From the NCBI GenBank assembly GCA_903813345.2, contig CAIIXF020000001.1, positions 16,120,001 through 16,184,000 on the forward strand: 64,000 nt of DNA. The letters are read 5' to 3'. The stretch is from Owenia fusiformis. Its lineage: Eukaryota. Under the pieces are notes generated by a model that saw only the letters and a program-made list of their open reading frames with translations, was not told the DNA's origin and made no database searches. Shown one piece after another: positions 10,401 to 22,326 of this stretch. A program made the position numbers and the translations under genes. Each line of letters begins with the position of its first letter. Within the stretch, counting starts at the first letter, position 1.

Positions 10401-13400
10401 CGAAAATTAATCGTCGCGTATTTCGCCAATTAAAGGCTGAGGTGCATTATGCCGTTGACTAAGATCTAAAAATTTTAAATCTTATCCAAATATGACATTG
10501 GGTAGGTGTAATTACTGTAGATAAGGTAAATTAGTGTACAGAGCTTGAGGATTCAGAGAATAATGGAATTGAAACCTTTGAAATCCGCGAAATTTAATGG
10601 CTGCGAAATTGGTATTTCTCAAAATTCGCGAAATTAAAACTCGCGAATAATACCGGGCGTACAGTACTTCGTTCATTTGGATAACTAGCCAATCTGTTAA
10701 AGTATTATACCTGGTATGAAGTTGTCAATGTCTATAGTCTTATAGATTAATTATTCAAAGATTCAAGAATTTAACTTTCATTTTGACGAATAACATCTAT
10801 GAAACATGACTTAGAATTCACAACATGCTTCAATAAATAACTTAAAAGGGCAGTTGAATCTCAAACTCCTAATTCTTGAAATGTTGGTTTCAGTTTCAAT
10901 TTTAGATTCATAAATATATTACACATTCTTTTGATTTTTGTGTGAGGTTTTTACTAAAGCCATGACCCCCCTCCCCCCACACACACACATTACACAGTTA
11001 ATTTTTACATCTATTAAACTCAATTCATGACATTTTCAAGCTTTATTTAGCTAGCATTAACACTCAAGACAGCTTTGTTTCCTGGCTATGTTCAGTACAA
11101 AAACACTTTCCATTTAAAAACTTCCAGCCAAGTTCGTAATAATTGTGTTGCAGCAAATTACTTCATAAAACAAATCACTCAATAAAACTTATCTACTACA
11201 TCAAACTTGCATGAGAAAACAGTGTCATATATAAATATACAGTTATATCACTAAATGGTGGACATTTAGTCAAGGGACATGATAAAAATGGAGAACAACA
11301 AGTCAACAACTGACAAATTTTGTAACAGTGGTACATAAGGGGATGCATCAGAAGTTCAATGTCTGATAGGAAACTAAATAAATCTAAATAACTCAACTTC
11401 ATTTACTTCAGAGTATAATGGTTTATTTCCGATGTTTATTTGATAAAGCTAGTTGGATGACTGGCAAAACATGGAAAATAATGAATCTACACAGAAATAA
11501 ATAAATCTAGTTTTGAGTTTGACCCCCTCCCTAGATACTAGATACAATGGAAGCTGATCGTAAATTTTTCGCATGTTCTTGTGGACTTGGACATTCGTGG
11601 CCTTTGAAATTTGCTGGATAGCAAACTGAAATAGCTTTGACCCCCCCCCCCTAATTAGATTTATTTGGTTTCCTAGCAGACATTAACTTTTGATGCCTCC
11701 CCTAACCATGTAAAACGAAAGCATGAGCAAGCCAGACATGAGGTCAGGTTGACATCAGGAATGAGGAAACATGTTGAATGTTACTATGGTATCATAAAAT
11801 AAATTTGAGTTATAGTGTTGAAAACTGAGCAACAGGATTCACATCTTTTTTATCACATTTAAAAATGGGCAATGGATGCAGTCAAAAAAGACACAACAGA
11901 CAAAGTACTAGTTTGATCAAAGACTCACTTGATAAAGATGGAGAAGAAAAACTGACCGATTTTGTAACAGAGGTATACAACCATGTTAAACTAAAGCACA
12001 GTCCAGCTGAGCTTGCAAGACATGAACTGGACATCAGGACGCGTATTGTACAACCAATCTGTGATACACTGAGCAGTTCACATCCTGCACTAGCAGTATG
12101 GGATGTACATTTAAATGGAAGTATGTCAAATCAGACAAAGATAGATACACCAAATGAATTGGATTATGTACTTCCAATGGTTCATTCTGATTATATTGAG
12201 TTCTTTAAAAATGAAACATCGGACAAAAAATATAAATGCAAAGTTCATCCCTCACAATGCCCAAAATTATCTCAATATTCAAGATTCATCGACTCCAGTT
12301 GTTTACTTTCAAATCAATTAATTCAGAAGTTTCTGCCACAAGTTGTGAAGGAAAGTCTCAGTCTATTAGACAGGAACTCAGAGAATAGCCTGATTTACAA
12401 GGGTGAGATAAAACTTAAGGGGAACCCCATTGAATCATCCAAGCTGAGCATACATGAAGTAGAGCTAGATACAGAAGTACATGGACCAAGTATCCAACTA
12501 CGTGTTGGAGGATTATTATGTGTTACTGATATTGACTTATGTTTCTGCCTGAAGATGCTTGAGTTACCTCATACAAGTAGAAGATTCTACATAGTGGTGC
12601 CTGATTATAATGGCTGGATAAGGTCATATTATGAAATACCAGATGAAAGAGTTAAACGATTAGATGAGCATCACAGAAAGATAGCTGTGACATTGAAGTA
12701 TATTTTGTCGCAGGTTAAGAAACATAAGTGGAAATCACGATTTCATTCTCATGCTTTGTTTACTCTGGTCCGTAAACATCAGGCTCAATGTGACAGTAGT
12801 GATAGATCACTTGGGAAATGCTACCATGATATAAATCATAGCGTATGTAAGTTGGTGATTAAATCTATGGAGAATAACAAGTACCGGTATGTTGAGCTTG
12901 ATAAGACTTTACATGAAAATATCAAAGACATAGAATGTCCAGAACTTTCTCTCCTCAAACCTGCAAAAAGTATTCCAACTGACCTATTTGTATTTGCAAC
13001 ATACAATCTTACAAAACTAAAAGCATCAAAAATGTGTTCTACTGGCTATAGGTGTACAAATCTGATTGATCTGGTGATTAGGGAGTGTTGGTTAGAACTA
13101 ATGAAACAATGGGCGCTGCAAAAGAATAGCAAGGTCAAATCTAGTGTGAGGAACCTGATCTTGTCAGCAGAGAATGGACAACTATTCAGAGAGTTGATAG
13201 ATCAATATGGTGTGAGTATAGGGGTTTACGAAGGTCTGGAAGTTGATGTACAAAGACTGCTGTCAAGACTGAAGGAGAAGATTAGCTCACAAAGTGAACT
13301 CATAGACATTGAAACATGGTTAAAGAGGGACACTGGGTATATAGAGCCAACAAAAAGTTCTAAAAAGTAACCCAAATATCCCGTTTAAGGATTCCTATTC

Positions 13401-16400
13401 TTACTATTGAAAATGGATTCTAGCAATACTATGATCCCACATGAATCTACTTGTTGAGACTCTATCAACTTGAGTTCTTCTGAGAAAATGAGGATCTCAG
13501 CAAGACTGTTTTGACTTCGGTTTACAATTTTGGGGATACAATGGACTTTAAACCTGCATATTACCATGTATGTTGCATGTATGTCATCATGGGGATAAAT
13601 CCCGGGGGATAGATACAAAGTCCTCATTATCTCAGAACTCAAATTTATTGAGTCTAAACAAGTAGATTCATATGTGAGAGTATTGGTTGTTGTTTGTTGT
13701 TGTTGTTTTTTATTATCATAGTAATTTTTTTTACAAAGATTTTTCAAAAAGTTGCCGAAGCAAACATTATTGGCAACTATACATATAAACACACTACAAT
13801 AAAATTATACAAAAATAGACAGATTTTGACAATACAAAAATGGGCTGCTGGTGGTTGGTTGGTAGTTTGGTTGGAGTAGGTGAAAAGAATAGGTAGCATG
13901 ATCTTATTCAACAAGTTTGATAGATTCATTAATAAAGGTACTTGTAATAGACAAAACTTCTCTATTTGTTTCAATATTTAAAAAGTTAATTCCATACAAA
14001 AGAGTTTCAATTTTATCATCTTGTTTTAAATTGTTAAAGGAGAAATTTATGTCATGCATGGTAAATAATCCATTTAGCCTGTCAAGCATTTGGCGTCTTA
14101 TATCATTGTTGAGGCGACAGTGTAAGAGGAAATGCTTTGTGGTTTGTTTTAAACCACATCTACATACATCAGAATCGATAGTTGTAAAAGAGTGGGCCAT
14201 TTTATGTGCATTTAACAAGAGGCCAACACGTAATTGGTTCAGTTTGATTTCTAAATTACGGGGAAGAGATAAATTTTGTGAATTTGTCTGAATATTTTGA
14301 AAATTTTGGAAGTGCTTTTTGATTTGGCCTTTAAAAGAAGAGATAGTAGGCACCTGCCTGAGCTGTAATGGTAAGGAGTCCCAAATTTTAGAAAAAAGGA
14401 TAGCTCCACTATCCTTGAACCTGGTAGAAATATGTAATGGGATGTGATAGGTTGGCCTATCCCTTAACTCTATTCCTATTGGTACAGGTGTCAAAAGTCT
14501 AAAAAATCTCTGATATATGAAGGGCACATATTATGTTTTACCTTGAACATTAACACACCTATGTGTGATAATCGTCTGGCTTCTAAAGTTGGCCAGTTTA
14601 GAATTTTCAAAAGTTTGTCGCCATTTGATCCATGCAGAGCTCCAGATACTAAGATTGCAGCTCTATAGTGCAAGGTATCTAGCAATTTTAAGGTTGTTTT
14701 GTTACTGCCGTGGTATAAAATGGTAGAATCCATTTTCTATAGTCAGAATAGGAATTCTTAAACAGGACACTAAAGGCCTTTTGAAAATTTTGGTTAGCTC
14801 TATTAAATAGGAGGTAGATTAACCGAACAGAAATAACAGAATTTTTGATTCCACAAAGTTGGTCAATTTTCATTTTGACTGAAAAAATGTATTACTTCCA
14901 ATTTTGCTATGTGCATCTTTCAATGTTTTGATGTTCGTATTCTGCAGTTAGATTTTAATTTTATCAATTTGTCGCGTCGAGGTGTAATAAGACATTTAAA
15001 AACAAAGCTTAGCCATTCAAAAGTATTTAGCAGTGCTGTAATAATTAACTAATCCTGACTTTACCATGTTAAATACTGTACCATTTTAAAGTATGGATGT
15101 AACCTGATATTTTAAGGGGAGTTGCTAGCAAGTTTCGAATCCTGCCTAGCTGCAGGTTTGGACCTGAACCAATAATTTCACTTATTGGAATAACAAAACA
15201 AAACTAAAATAACTAGAAAACAACAACTCCACGAAGTAGCTCATCCCACCGAACAAAACATGATAAATGGCTGCCATTATGATAAATAGAGGCCATGTTG
15301 AAAATTTATCTGTATGCATCAGCTCATAAAATTTGAACCAAATCCATCCACTATTATTTGGGTTATCAAACATTTTGAAGCTAAGAGCAGAACTCCTTTG
15401 CCTCTAGGCATCAGCATATAGAATCTGAACCAAATCCCTCAACTAGTATTTGAGTTATCAAAGATTACATACTGTTACAAAGAATGATGGCCATTTTGAA
15501 ATTCAAGTGCCATCTTGAAAAGTCATTCTCGACCAGAACTCCTGGGTCCCTTAGGTATCAGCATAACAAATTTGAAACAAATCTGTCCACTGCTATTTGT
15601 ACAAAAATGGCCACCATTTTGAATAGCTGCCATCTTATTAATCTCTTCTTCAGCAAAGCTCTTTTGTCCCTAGGCATTAGCATATGAGCCAGGCCACAGG
15701 AAAAGGGGTCTTATCACAGATTTTTTCAATATTCTGATTTTTTGTTTACCTTAGAAAGCACAAAAAGACCTTTCAAATGAGCCATGGCTTCTTGTCTCAA
15801 CAATTTTTCCTTGCATATATAGACCAAAAAGTCGGATTTGAATTTAGCACATTTTCCTCTAAATCGTGGGCACATTTTTGCCTCTATAGCACAATTCCAA
15901 TTTTTGTGATAAGACCAGTTTTCCTATGGCCAGGCTCATATATTGAAATTCAAACCAAATCCTTCGACTTGTATTTGAGGTATTATCAAAGATTACATTT
16001 TTTTACAAATGGTGGCCATTTTGAATTGAGTGGCCATACTGAAAATTCCTTCTCAAGCAGAGGTCCTACACCCATAAGGCATAAGCCTATAAAATTTGAA
16101 TCAAATCTATCCCCCAGTATTTGAGGTATCACCTGGACACACAAGCAGACAGACGGACGAACCAAGATTTGGTGTTTAAAGGATTAATTATTCAAAACTG
16201 CTATTCACACAAACAAATGTCAAAAAAATCAGAAGATATTACAGACATTTAAGTACATTTATACAGATTCATTATTCCATAGACTAGACAAAAGAAATGT
16301 AAAAAATATTTTGTCAAGCCACCCCTCTGTCAGAAAATTAGGAAAGATGGCGCCACTATAATACCGAACTAAAAATTCACTGACCACTTTTCACACAAGC

Positions 16401-19400
16401 ATCTCATCTCATTCTTAGACCCTGGGGCATGTGCTAAAGGTTGAGATTTAGTCAAATTTTCAATGGGACCCCATCAGCAACAGGAGTGATGGTTTTTCGA
16501 ATTTTCAATATTAGGTGAAACACCCACTTGCGTCAATGCAGGAAATGTTCAGAATACTGTATTTTATAATCAATATAACATGATACAGACCTCGTTGGAT
16601 AGACCTTATCCTCTCTATGCTCAGCCCAAAGACAAGTCAAATCTTGCTTCATCATTTCATAACGTCGCACACTGTGGATGTGACAGGGCTGTGTCACATG
16701 AATTTCTTTGGTTGACATGTCAATCAAAGCTGATGGGAATTTACTGCATAACACATCAATAGAGGGGATATTGGTTGTGTCATTATCATCCTGAAATGGC
16801 ATAACTTGATGGTTGTCATTTTATTTCAGTGATCTCCCCTCCCAGGGTTTTTGTAAAACAGAGATTAAACAATGCAAGTGAAGACTCTTGCAAATACAAT
16901 TGTAAAGAATTTTAGGACTCAGAAATTCTGACAAAGCTAGTAATAGATTCAAGAAATTGTTTCAGCACAATAGCCAATCACTGAGAAAAGTATAGTTGAA
17001 GTAACCAAGATGAAAACCTACCTTGATAATGGCCTGTATGCTAAGGTCCGAATGGTAAGGGAATCTAGGGTTGTCTGATGTGGCAAGTCTTGAGCAATGA
17101 CGTTCCGTAGCACCAAGGAAAAGAGCCAGAGTTCTAACTAGCTGAAATGTTGATCATACAATAAACATCAATACTTTCAACTAAACGTACATTATGGCGC
17201 TGATGTTATATTACAAACTGACTTATGTTAATCATAATGCAGTTAATAACATTTTTGATGTAGGTCTGTGGAATACTGAAAAAGTACGAAATGACATTTG
17301 AGCCCAAAGGTAAATACATGTTTAATGTACCCTGTCCCTGTAAAGGAGATTGATGATGTGAAGCAGGATAAGCAAAGTAAAAAAACAGTTAACGTATGTA
17401 CTTGGGACATGACAGATCCAGCCACAGAACTGTATTATGTTGTCAGCCTGGATACCATTATTGTCATGTCCCATCAAAGTACAAATTATGTGTTTGATAC
17501 TGATAGAAATATCTAACCACAACCTTGTTTTATGGCAATGCACATTCGGGGGAATCCCCTATTCAGTTCAATTAACATATTGTATAAAATGAAAATATTG
17601 GGGATTGAAAGCCAAAAAATAATTGGCCGTTTTTCAGATATGTTATTTTTGTCTGTTATGCATGACCCAATACACAGTTTATAAGTAATTTAGTATGTAC
17701 ACTGTATTATACGATATGTTAATAAGTAAGTATTTACAAAATGGTGTTTCTGCACTAGGATGAGTGAACTTTGGGACACATTTATAAATTCCTTACTGTG
17801 TTTAACTGGCTCTTTATTTTGCCGACTACTATACTGTGACCACATGTTACTAGATGAGCTGCAATGGCTTTACGCAGGAAGGCATTCTCAATGGGATGGT
17901 CTGAGCGGAGCAGGGTGGTAGAGATCTAGAGAGGGAACAACAATATATGGCATGTTAGGATCAAGTCATCATGCAGCAAGTTACATGTATACAAGATGTC
18001 ATACAATGCAAAGCTTATATTCCAGAAAGAACTTGGGGATAAGATCCAGACTGTGTTCCAATTAAAGCAAATATAACTGAACATTGTTTATTGCAAAACT
18101 TATTTGAACGGAAGCAATCAATAATAAACATTTTCTTATTGCATGCAGATGTGAACAATTTTCAATTTTTCAATTGCTATTTCCTCCTGAGATTTAATTT
18201 GCCAATCTCAATATATCATTTTATTTTTCAAGTAAACAATTATCTCGAAACTCAAAATTTAATAATGTGTTAAAGCCTGGTAGGAAAGTCAATGCAAAAT
18301 CATGGTGGGTGTTGAAAAGGGTGGTCCAAATTAGACAACTTTGAAGTTCAATTACCTTCACCAGAATTTGGGATGGTATTGACCTAAAAACATTCCCTGT
18401 GTAATATTTCAACTCAACTCCATTTGGAAATTTACCCGCCTACTGAACCCCTTACACTACTTACATTTATTGTTGATGGCAGAGCTAGCATACTGAGTGA
18501 TCTTAGCATTTGTATAAAGCTTTGGATGTTCTTTGGCATTGAAAACTCTCCTATAGCACCATTACCAGGGTCCTAGAATAGAAGATGATATAGTACAGTC
18601 CATGTATTGGATAGGGCCTCCTAAGCTTTTGAGGGAAATGTTTTGATGAAGTTTACAAATATGATTGAGCAAATGAGCACAGTAAGATTCAAACAGAATT
18701 ATTGTCTGATCTGCCCCATATTACCTTTGAAAACAGAAAGTTGGAGCAGGGAAAATTGATCTGTTGGTCCTTTTCTGTAAAAAATGTTTTCTTAACTTCC
18801 TATAGTAAAACTATGACAAAAATGAATATGCAAAATATATAAATATTGCAAAGTTCACTTCTAAATAAATGATACATAATGGATAAAATATATGTTTTTT
18901 AACAAATTATCATTTACAATTACAAGTATTTTCCTTTTCTATGCCAATCTAGTTGTTTGCTGTTCAGGGCATTAAATAATTTAAAACTTTTGAGAACTTG
19001 AAAACTTACTATAGATTGTAGAACTTTCAGCCTACTAATCAGCCTTTTCATCCAAATTACACAGAGGTCATGCCATTTAAGATAGGTTTCTAAATGTTCT
19101 AGAGGCACCACTAATGATAGTGAATGCACACACTTTCCTACAGTTGACTTAGCACCAAATATAAATGATGTCACTGATATTGACTTTTCTTGAATAACAT
19201 AGAATTTATCATCAATTGTTCGATCGCTAAGATCTCTGGTGATTTCTCCACTAAGCGTATGATTTGCCACAAAGCGCAGGGTCTTTAACTGAGCAGGGGT
19301 GGCTTCTTGATTGTATGTGTTACTCCAGAGATGTATAATCCTCGGCCCCATTATGTTATCCCAATGCGAAAGAATAATGGCACTGATGATACAGTTATCT

Positions 19401-19519
19401 GATAAACCATTTGGGTCTTTGAGACTGGAGCAACCAAAGCTACTACTAGGGCTAAGCAGATCAAAGAAAACTTCCTCCTTTACACCACCAGGTCCAGGAT
19501 CATTATATGGATTGTCCAT
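7437..19519 (-). CDS. C9orf72: C9orf72 orthologue (DENN-like). Exons 19519-19010, 18572-18465, 17925-17797, 17141-17022, 16790-16591, 9784-9727, 7975-7866, 7602-7437; ~466 aa
   Basis: Phase-consistent GT-AG exons encode SHWDNIMGPRIIHLW, FVANHTLSGEI, KAIAAHLVTCGHSIVVG, LVRTLALFL, ERRALSLIKLVE and EGDFHIVLSTAEKLQPG, collinear with human C9orf72 motifs (WDNILGPR, FLANHTLNGEI, AEKIKPG). Confidence 0.95.
8054..8458. mobile_element. TA-flanked MITE with TACTGTA termini
   Basis: tactgtagattgggttaatttgg ... ccaaattaacccaaactacagta inverted ends. Confidence 0.7.
10335..10666. mobile_element. TA-flanked MITE with TACTGTA termini and internal cgcgaa repeats
   Basis: tactgtacgcccagtatt ... aataccgggcgtacagta inverted ends. 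Confidence 0.75.
10886..10901 (-). promoter_or_regulatory. ISRE-like (IRF-binding) element ~1 kb upstream of the cGLR start codon
   Basis: ggtttcagtttcaatt reads AATTGAAACTGAAACC on the minus strand, matching GAAANNGAAA. Further AANNGAAA half-sites at ~11623 and ~11712. Confidence 0.35.
11865..13370 (+). CDS. Single-exon cGAS-like receptor (Mab-21 domain nucleotidyltransferase, cGLR), 501 aa, predicted N-myristoylated
   Basis: Long uninterrupted ORF. NTase signature LNGSMSNQTKIDTPNELDYVL (GS..K...P.E.D), third carboxylate in TDIDLCF, WIRSY and TLKYIL segments typical of cGAS/Mab-21 proteins; N-terminus MGNGCS. Confidence 0.88.
   Translation: MGNGCSQKRHNRQSTSLIKDSLDKDGEEKLTDFVTEVYNHVKLKHSPAELARHELDIRTRIVQPICDTLSSSHPALAVWDVHLNGSMSNQTKIDTPNELDYVLPMVHSDYIEFFKNETSDKKYKCKVHPSQCPKLSQYSRFIDSSCLLSNQLIQKFLPQVVKESLSLLDRNSENSLIYKGEIKLKGNPIESSKLSIHEVELDTEVHGPSIQLRVGGLLCVTDIDLCFCLKMLELPHTSRRFYIVVPDYNGWIRSYYEIPDERVKRLDEHHRKIAVTLKYILSQVKKHKWKSRFHSHALFTLVRKHQAQCDSSDRSLGKCYHDINHSVCKLVIKSMENNKYRYVELDKTLHENIKDIECPELSLLKPAKSIPTDLFVFATYNLTKLKASKMCSTGYRCTNLIDLVIRECWLELMKQWALQKNSKVKSSVRNLILSAENGQLFRELIDQYGVSIGVYEGLEVDVQRLLSRLKEKISSQSELIDIETWLKRDTGYIEPTKSSKK
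13683..14760 (-). mobile_element. 5'-truncated, frameshifted LINE (CR1/L2/Jockey-group-like) 3' end
   Basis: Overlapping ORF pieces (LNWPTLEARR, WDSLPLQLRQVPTISSFK, LRVGLLLNAH, CRCGLKQTTKHFLLHC) typical of a non-LTR ORF2 C-terminus; A/(CAA)n tail at ~13683-13712. Confidence 0.8.
15682..15941. mobile_element. MITE with ~40-bp TIRs (atatgagccaggccacaggaaaa)
   Basis: Inverted ends atatgagccaggccacaggaaaaggggtcttatcaca / tgtgataagaccagttttcctatggccaggctcatat. Confidence 0.7.
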
Positions 19520-19549
19520 TGTCACGTTTTAGAGGTCAACTCTCTGGAC

Positions 19550-19810
19550 CTATTGTAAAATCACTCGAATCTCTTTATGGATTTGTATGGTATAAACAAA
19601 GTAGTTTGCGAGAGCAATGTTTGTAAACATAAAAGTATAGACCAGAAGCACGTTCAAACTGAAGAGGTCTATTTCATCAGTGCTGGTCTGAGCCAAGAAG
19701 AAAAGGAAGACTATGAACATCATAACGATACATGATAGGAAGCTATAGTTTGCAAACAGCAGGACGAGTCTATCTTGGTTCAACACCTGAGATGTCCAAT
19801 CAGCCCTCAT
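19550..19810 (-). CDS. Possible 86-aa two-TM upstream ORF ending 30 nt before the C9orf72 ATG
   Basis: ATG-initiated ORF with two hydrophobic stretches. A candidate acceptor at ~20015 would put it in the same exon as the C9orf72 start; an alternative acceptor coinciding with its stop would make it intronic. Confidence 0.3.
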   Translation of the reverse strand: MRADWTSQVLNQDRLVLLFANYSFLSCIVMMFIVFLFFLAQTSTDEIDLFSLNVLLVYTFMFTNIALANYFVYTIQIHKEIRVILQ

Positions 19811-22068
19811 TTAAAAGGTGTTTGGTGGGGTACGTGTATACCCCTTAGTTATGTTAAAAATCATAGAATGCAATCTATGGAAATAACTGCTAATGATATG
19901 AAATTTCAATATCCATATAAGAGTCGTCCCAAAGGCTACATGAGTTTAGTATCAATCTCACACTGGCCTCCTTTTATATTAATCGGTTAAATGCTTTTGT
20001 GTAAGCTTCTCCACCTGCAAGCAAAACATGCAGATATGATCATATACATAATTGTCAATATGTATAGTCCATTTCAATATTGGGTTGTTTGTGTATCAAT
20101 AAAACCTTGAGAAATTAGCAATCAAAAGACCATCGTATGGCGTATATAGTATCATAGGGAAAATGCATTAATATTTCAAAGACAAAACATTTGTATATTT
20201 CAGTTTTATGTGCAATAAACCCATGACCTCTTGTAATTTAGGAAGTTTCAGCCATGTTTATTTTTCTTAAATGAAATACATAAGAATTACAGAATTACAT
20301 GTCAGAAAAGAATACAAGAGGCTATCCATTTTATTCGCCATCTGCAAGCAATTCAACATTAACAAAAATTTTGCATATTGTCTTCTTTTTTCTACTTCTT
20401 CATCTTTGATTACAGTAGTCTGACCTTTTGAGGATATTTCGTACTTTGTATGTTTACGTAAAGTATAATTGTCGTGTGATGATGCATAAAATCTTTACAA
20501 TCGTTTTTAAATCATCATTATTTTGTACAAAAACATCAAACTCTCTGCCTTATTAAAAATTTCAAAATTACTTAAGATGTCATTATTTAAGCGGGGGTAA
20601 ATTTTTGCACTTTTTATAAATTCGTTAATTTTGCGTGTTTATATTTTTGCGCTGATTCCACTTCTGTATAAACAAAATAAATAAACTTAAGAAAAGTTGC
20701 CATATATTTGCAAAGCATCTTGGGAGTTTTCTGTGCACTGAACGAAAATGCAGTTAACGAATCTGATATCTGAATCTGGGACTGACAAGATGCTTGGCAG
20801 TCAATCAAATAAGCATGTTGATTACACATACATTTTGAGCACTGTATTGCACTGATTGCAGGGTTAGTTCTAAGACTGATGTTAATTTTGAACTTTTACA
20901 TGTGAGTTCAGTGCGCATGTGTGAAGTGAAATTAAGATGTTTGAGATCGTGTTTCACTATAAATAACAACTTTGTGTGCATTACTATCTTATGATTATGA
21001 CTCGTGAAGCTATACTTATATGCACGCACCTACAAACTATGATGCAACATATGGATATGAGGGGTAAGTGCCACGGACTTATAGAAAATCAACAAAATCA
21101 TAATTTTTTCGTAATTTTTACAAATTTTTTTTCCAAGACAACTATCCTTAGTCTATATCCAATATAGACTGAATTTCCTGAGAATTCAGTCTATTGATCA
21201 TTATGTCCCTCCTGTGGGAAAAAACAGGAAATTTCCTGCACACAATTATTAATTTAAGGAATCTTCACTTCCAAAAAATAAGCATATTAACAATTCAATT
21301 AAGTAGTAAAGTACAATTAAATGCTATAAAAAGTAACACAGCATATTGTCAAATGGAAATAAACCTAGGGGAAGTAACAAATATGCAAATTAATTTACTC
21401 CATCGCCCATTTTGAATGGCACTTCCTATGTCAACAAATAATTTTCAATCGCAAATTTTAACATAAGTGGGCTATAGTCTGAATATTTTCATTCCAAATT
21501 TCAAAAAAATATCAGACTGGAGGATATAATCTACAACTATCCTACAGCTAATAATTTGCAGGTCCTTTTTCACGGATGGAGGGCATCCTGCAAATAAAGC
21601 AAAAATATACAAACTGCGAAATTAAAGACGTCTACAGTATGGTACTGTTAGTCTTTTGATTGCTTTTTTTGAGGTTTTATTGATGCACAGCCCAAGTGAA
21701 ATGGACAATAAGTCCATGGGCTTAAATCGTAAGATCATTTTCATTTTTGAAGTAAGCAAAAGTTCTGATTAGTATTCGACCACATGTAAAACCTGTAGGC
21801 TACCGCCATGGTGTAAAGAGTCTTGATAAAAATGTTCAAATGTACACTTTGTGGGCGATAATAGAGTGTGGTCTACATGAAAATAATTCTGACAATTTTA
21901 TTTCTAATTTTCTGACCTAAATAGCAATACTTTCACCTTTTTGCTAGTATGTATCAGCTTTTGTATTTTCTTGGTGATAAAAACATTGTCATAATTCTAA
22001 TTTTACACGGATTATAGACAAAAGGGTAGTAAAACTGAGTACATAACATTTTGCATTTTTTCACTTAC

Positions 22069-22150
22069 CCGGATGTGTCTATATTCTCAACTTAACATGA
22101 AACGAAATTAATCATCGGACTCCCTGATCGGACTCTGGAATCGGCTGGTT
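22069..22150 (-). other. Putative non-coding first exon / promoter of C9orf72
   Basis: Strong donor CGG|gtaagt at 22068 in a locally CpG-containing stretch upstream of the gene. Confidence 0.45.
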
Positions 22151-22326
22151 GACAACGCATCCCAAAATAACTCATCTCAAGACAATAAATCCATTAGGCA
22201 ACTTCTCCTAAGACATCTTATCCCAAAACATCTCATCCCAAGACGATTCATTCCACGATCACAAACATGTACTGCACGAACCGATTAATTCCCGGGTATT
22301 GTAACGCGTCCTTGCTAAATAAATTA

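Noticed and set aside
13385-14291. ORFs 13385-13792 (-) and 13917-14291 (+) as genes
   Set aside because: They are a microsatellite-derived frame and the antisense shadow of the LINE fragment, with no motifs.
20015-22068. GGGGCC-type repeat in C9orf72 intron 1
   Set aside because: None is present; only a degenerate 15-mer transposon-like array at ~22150-22255.
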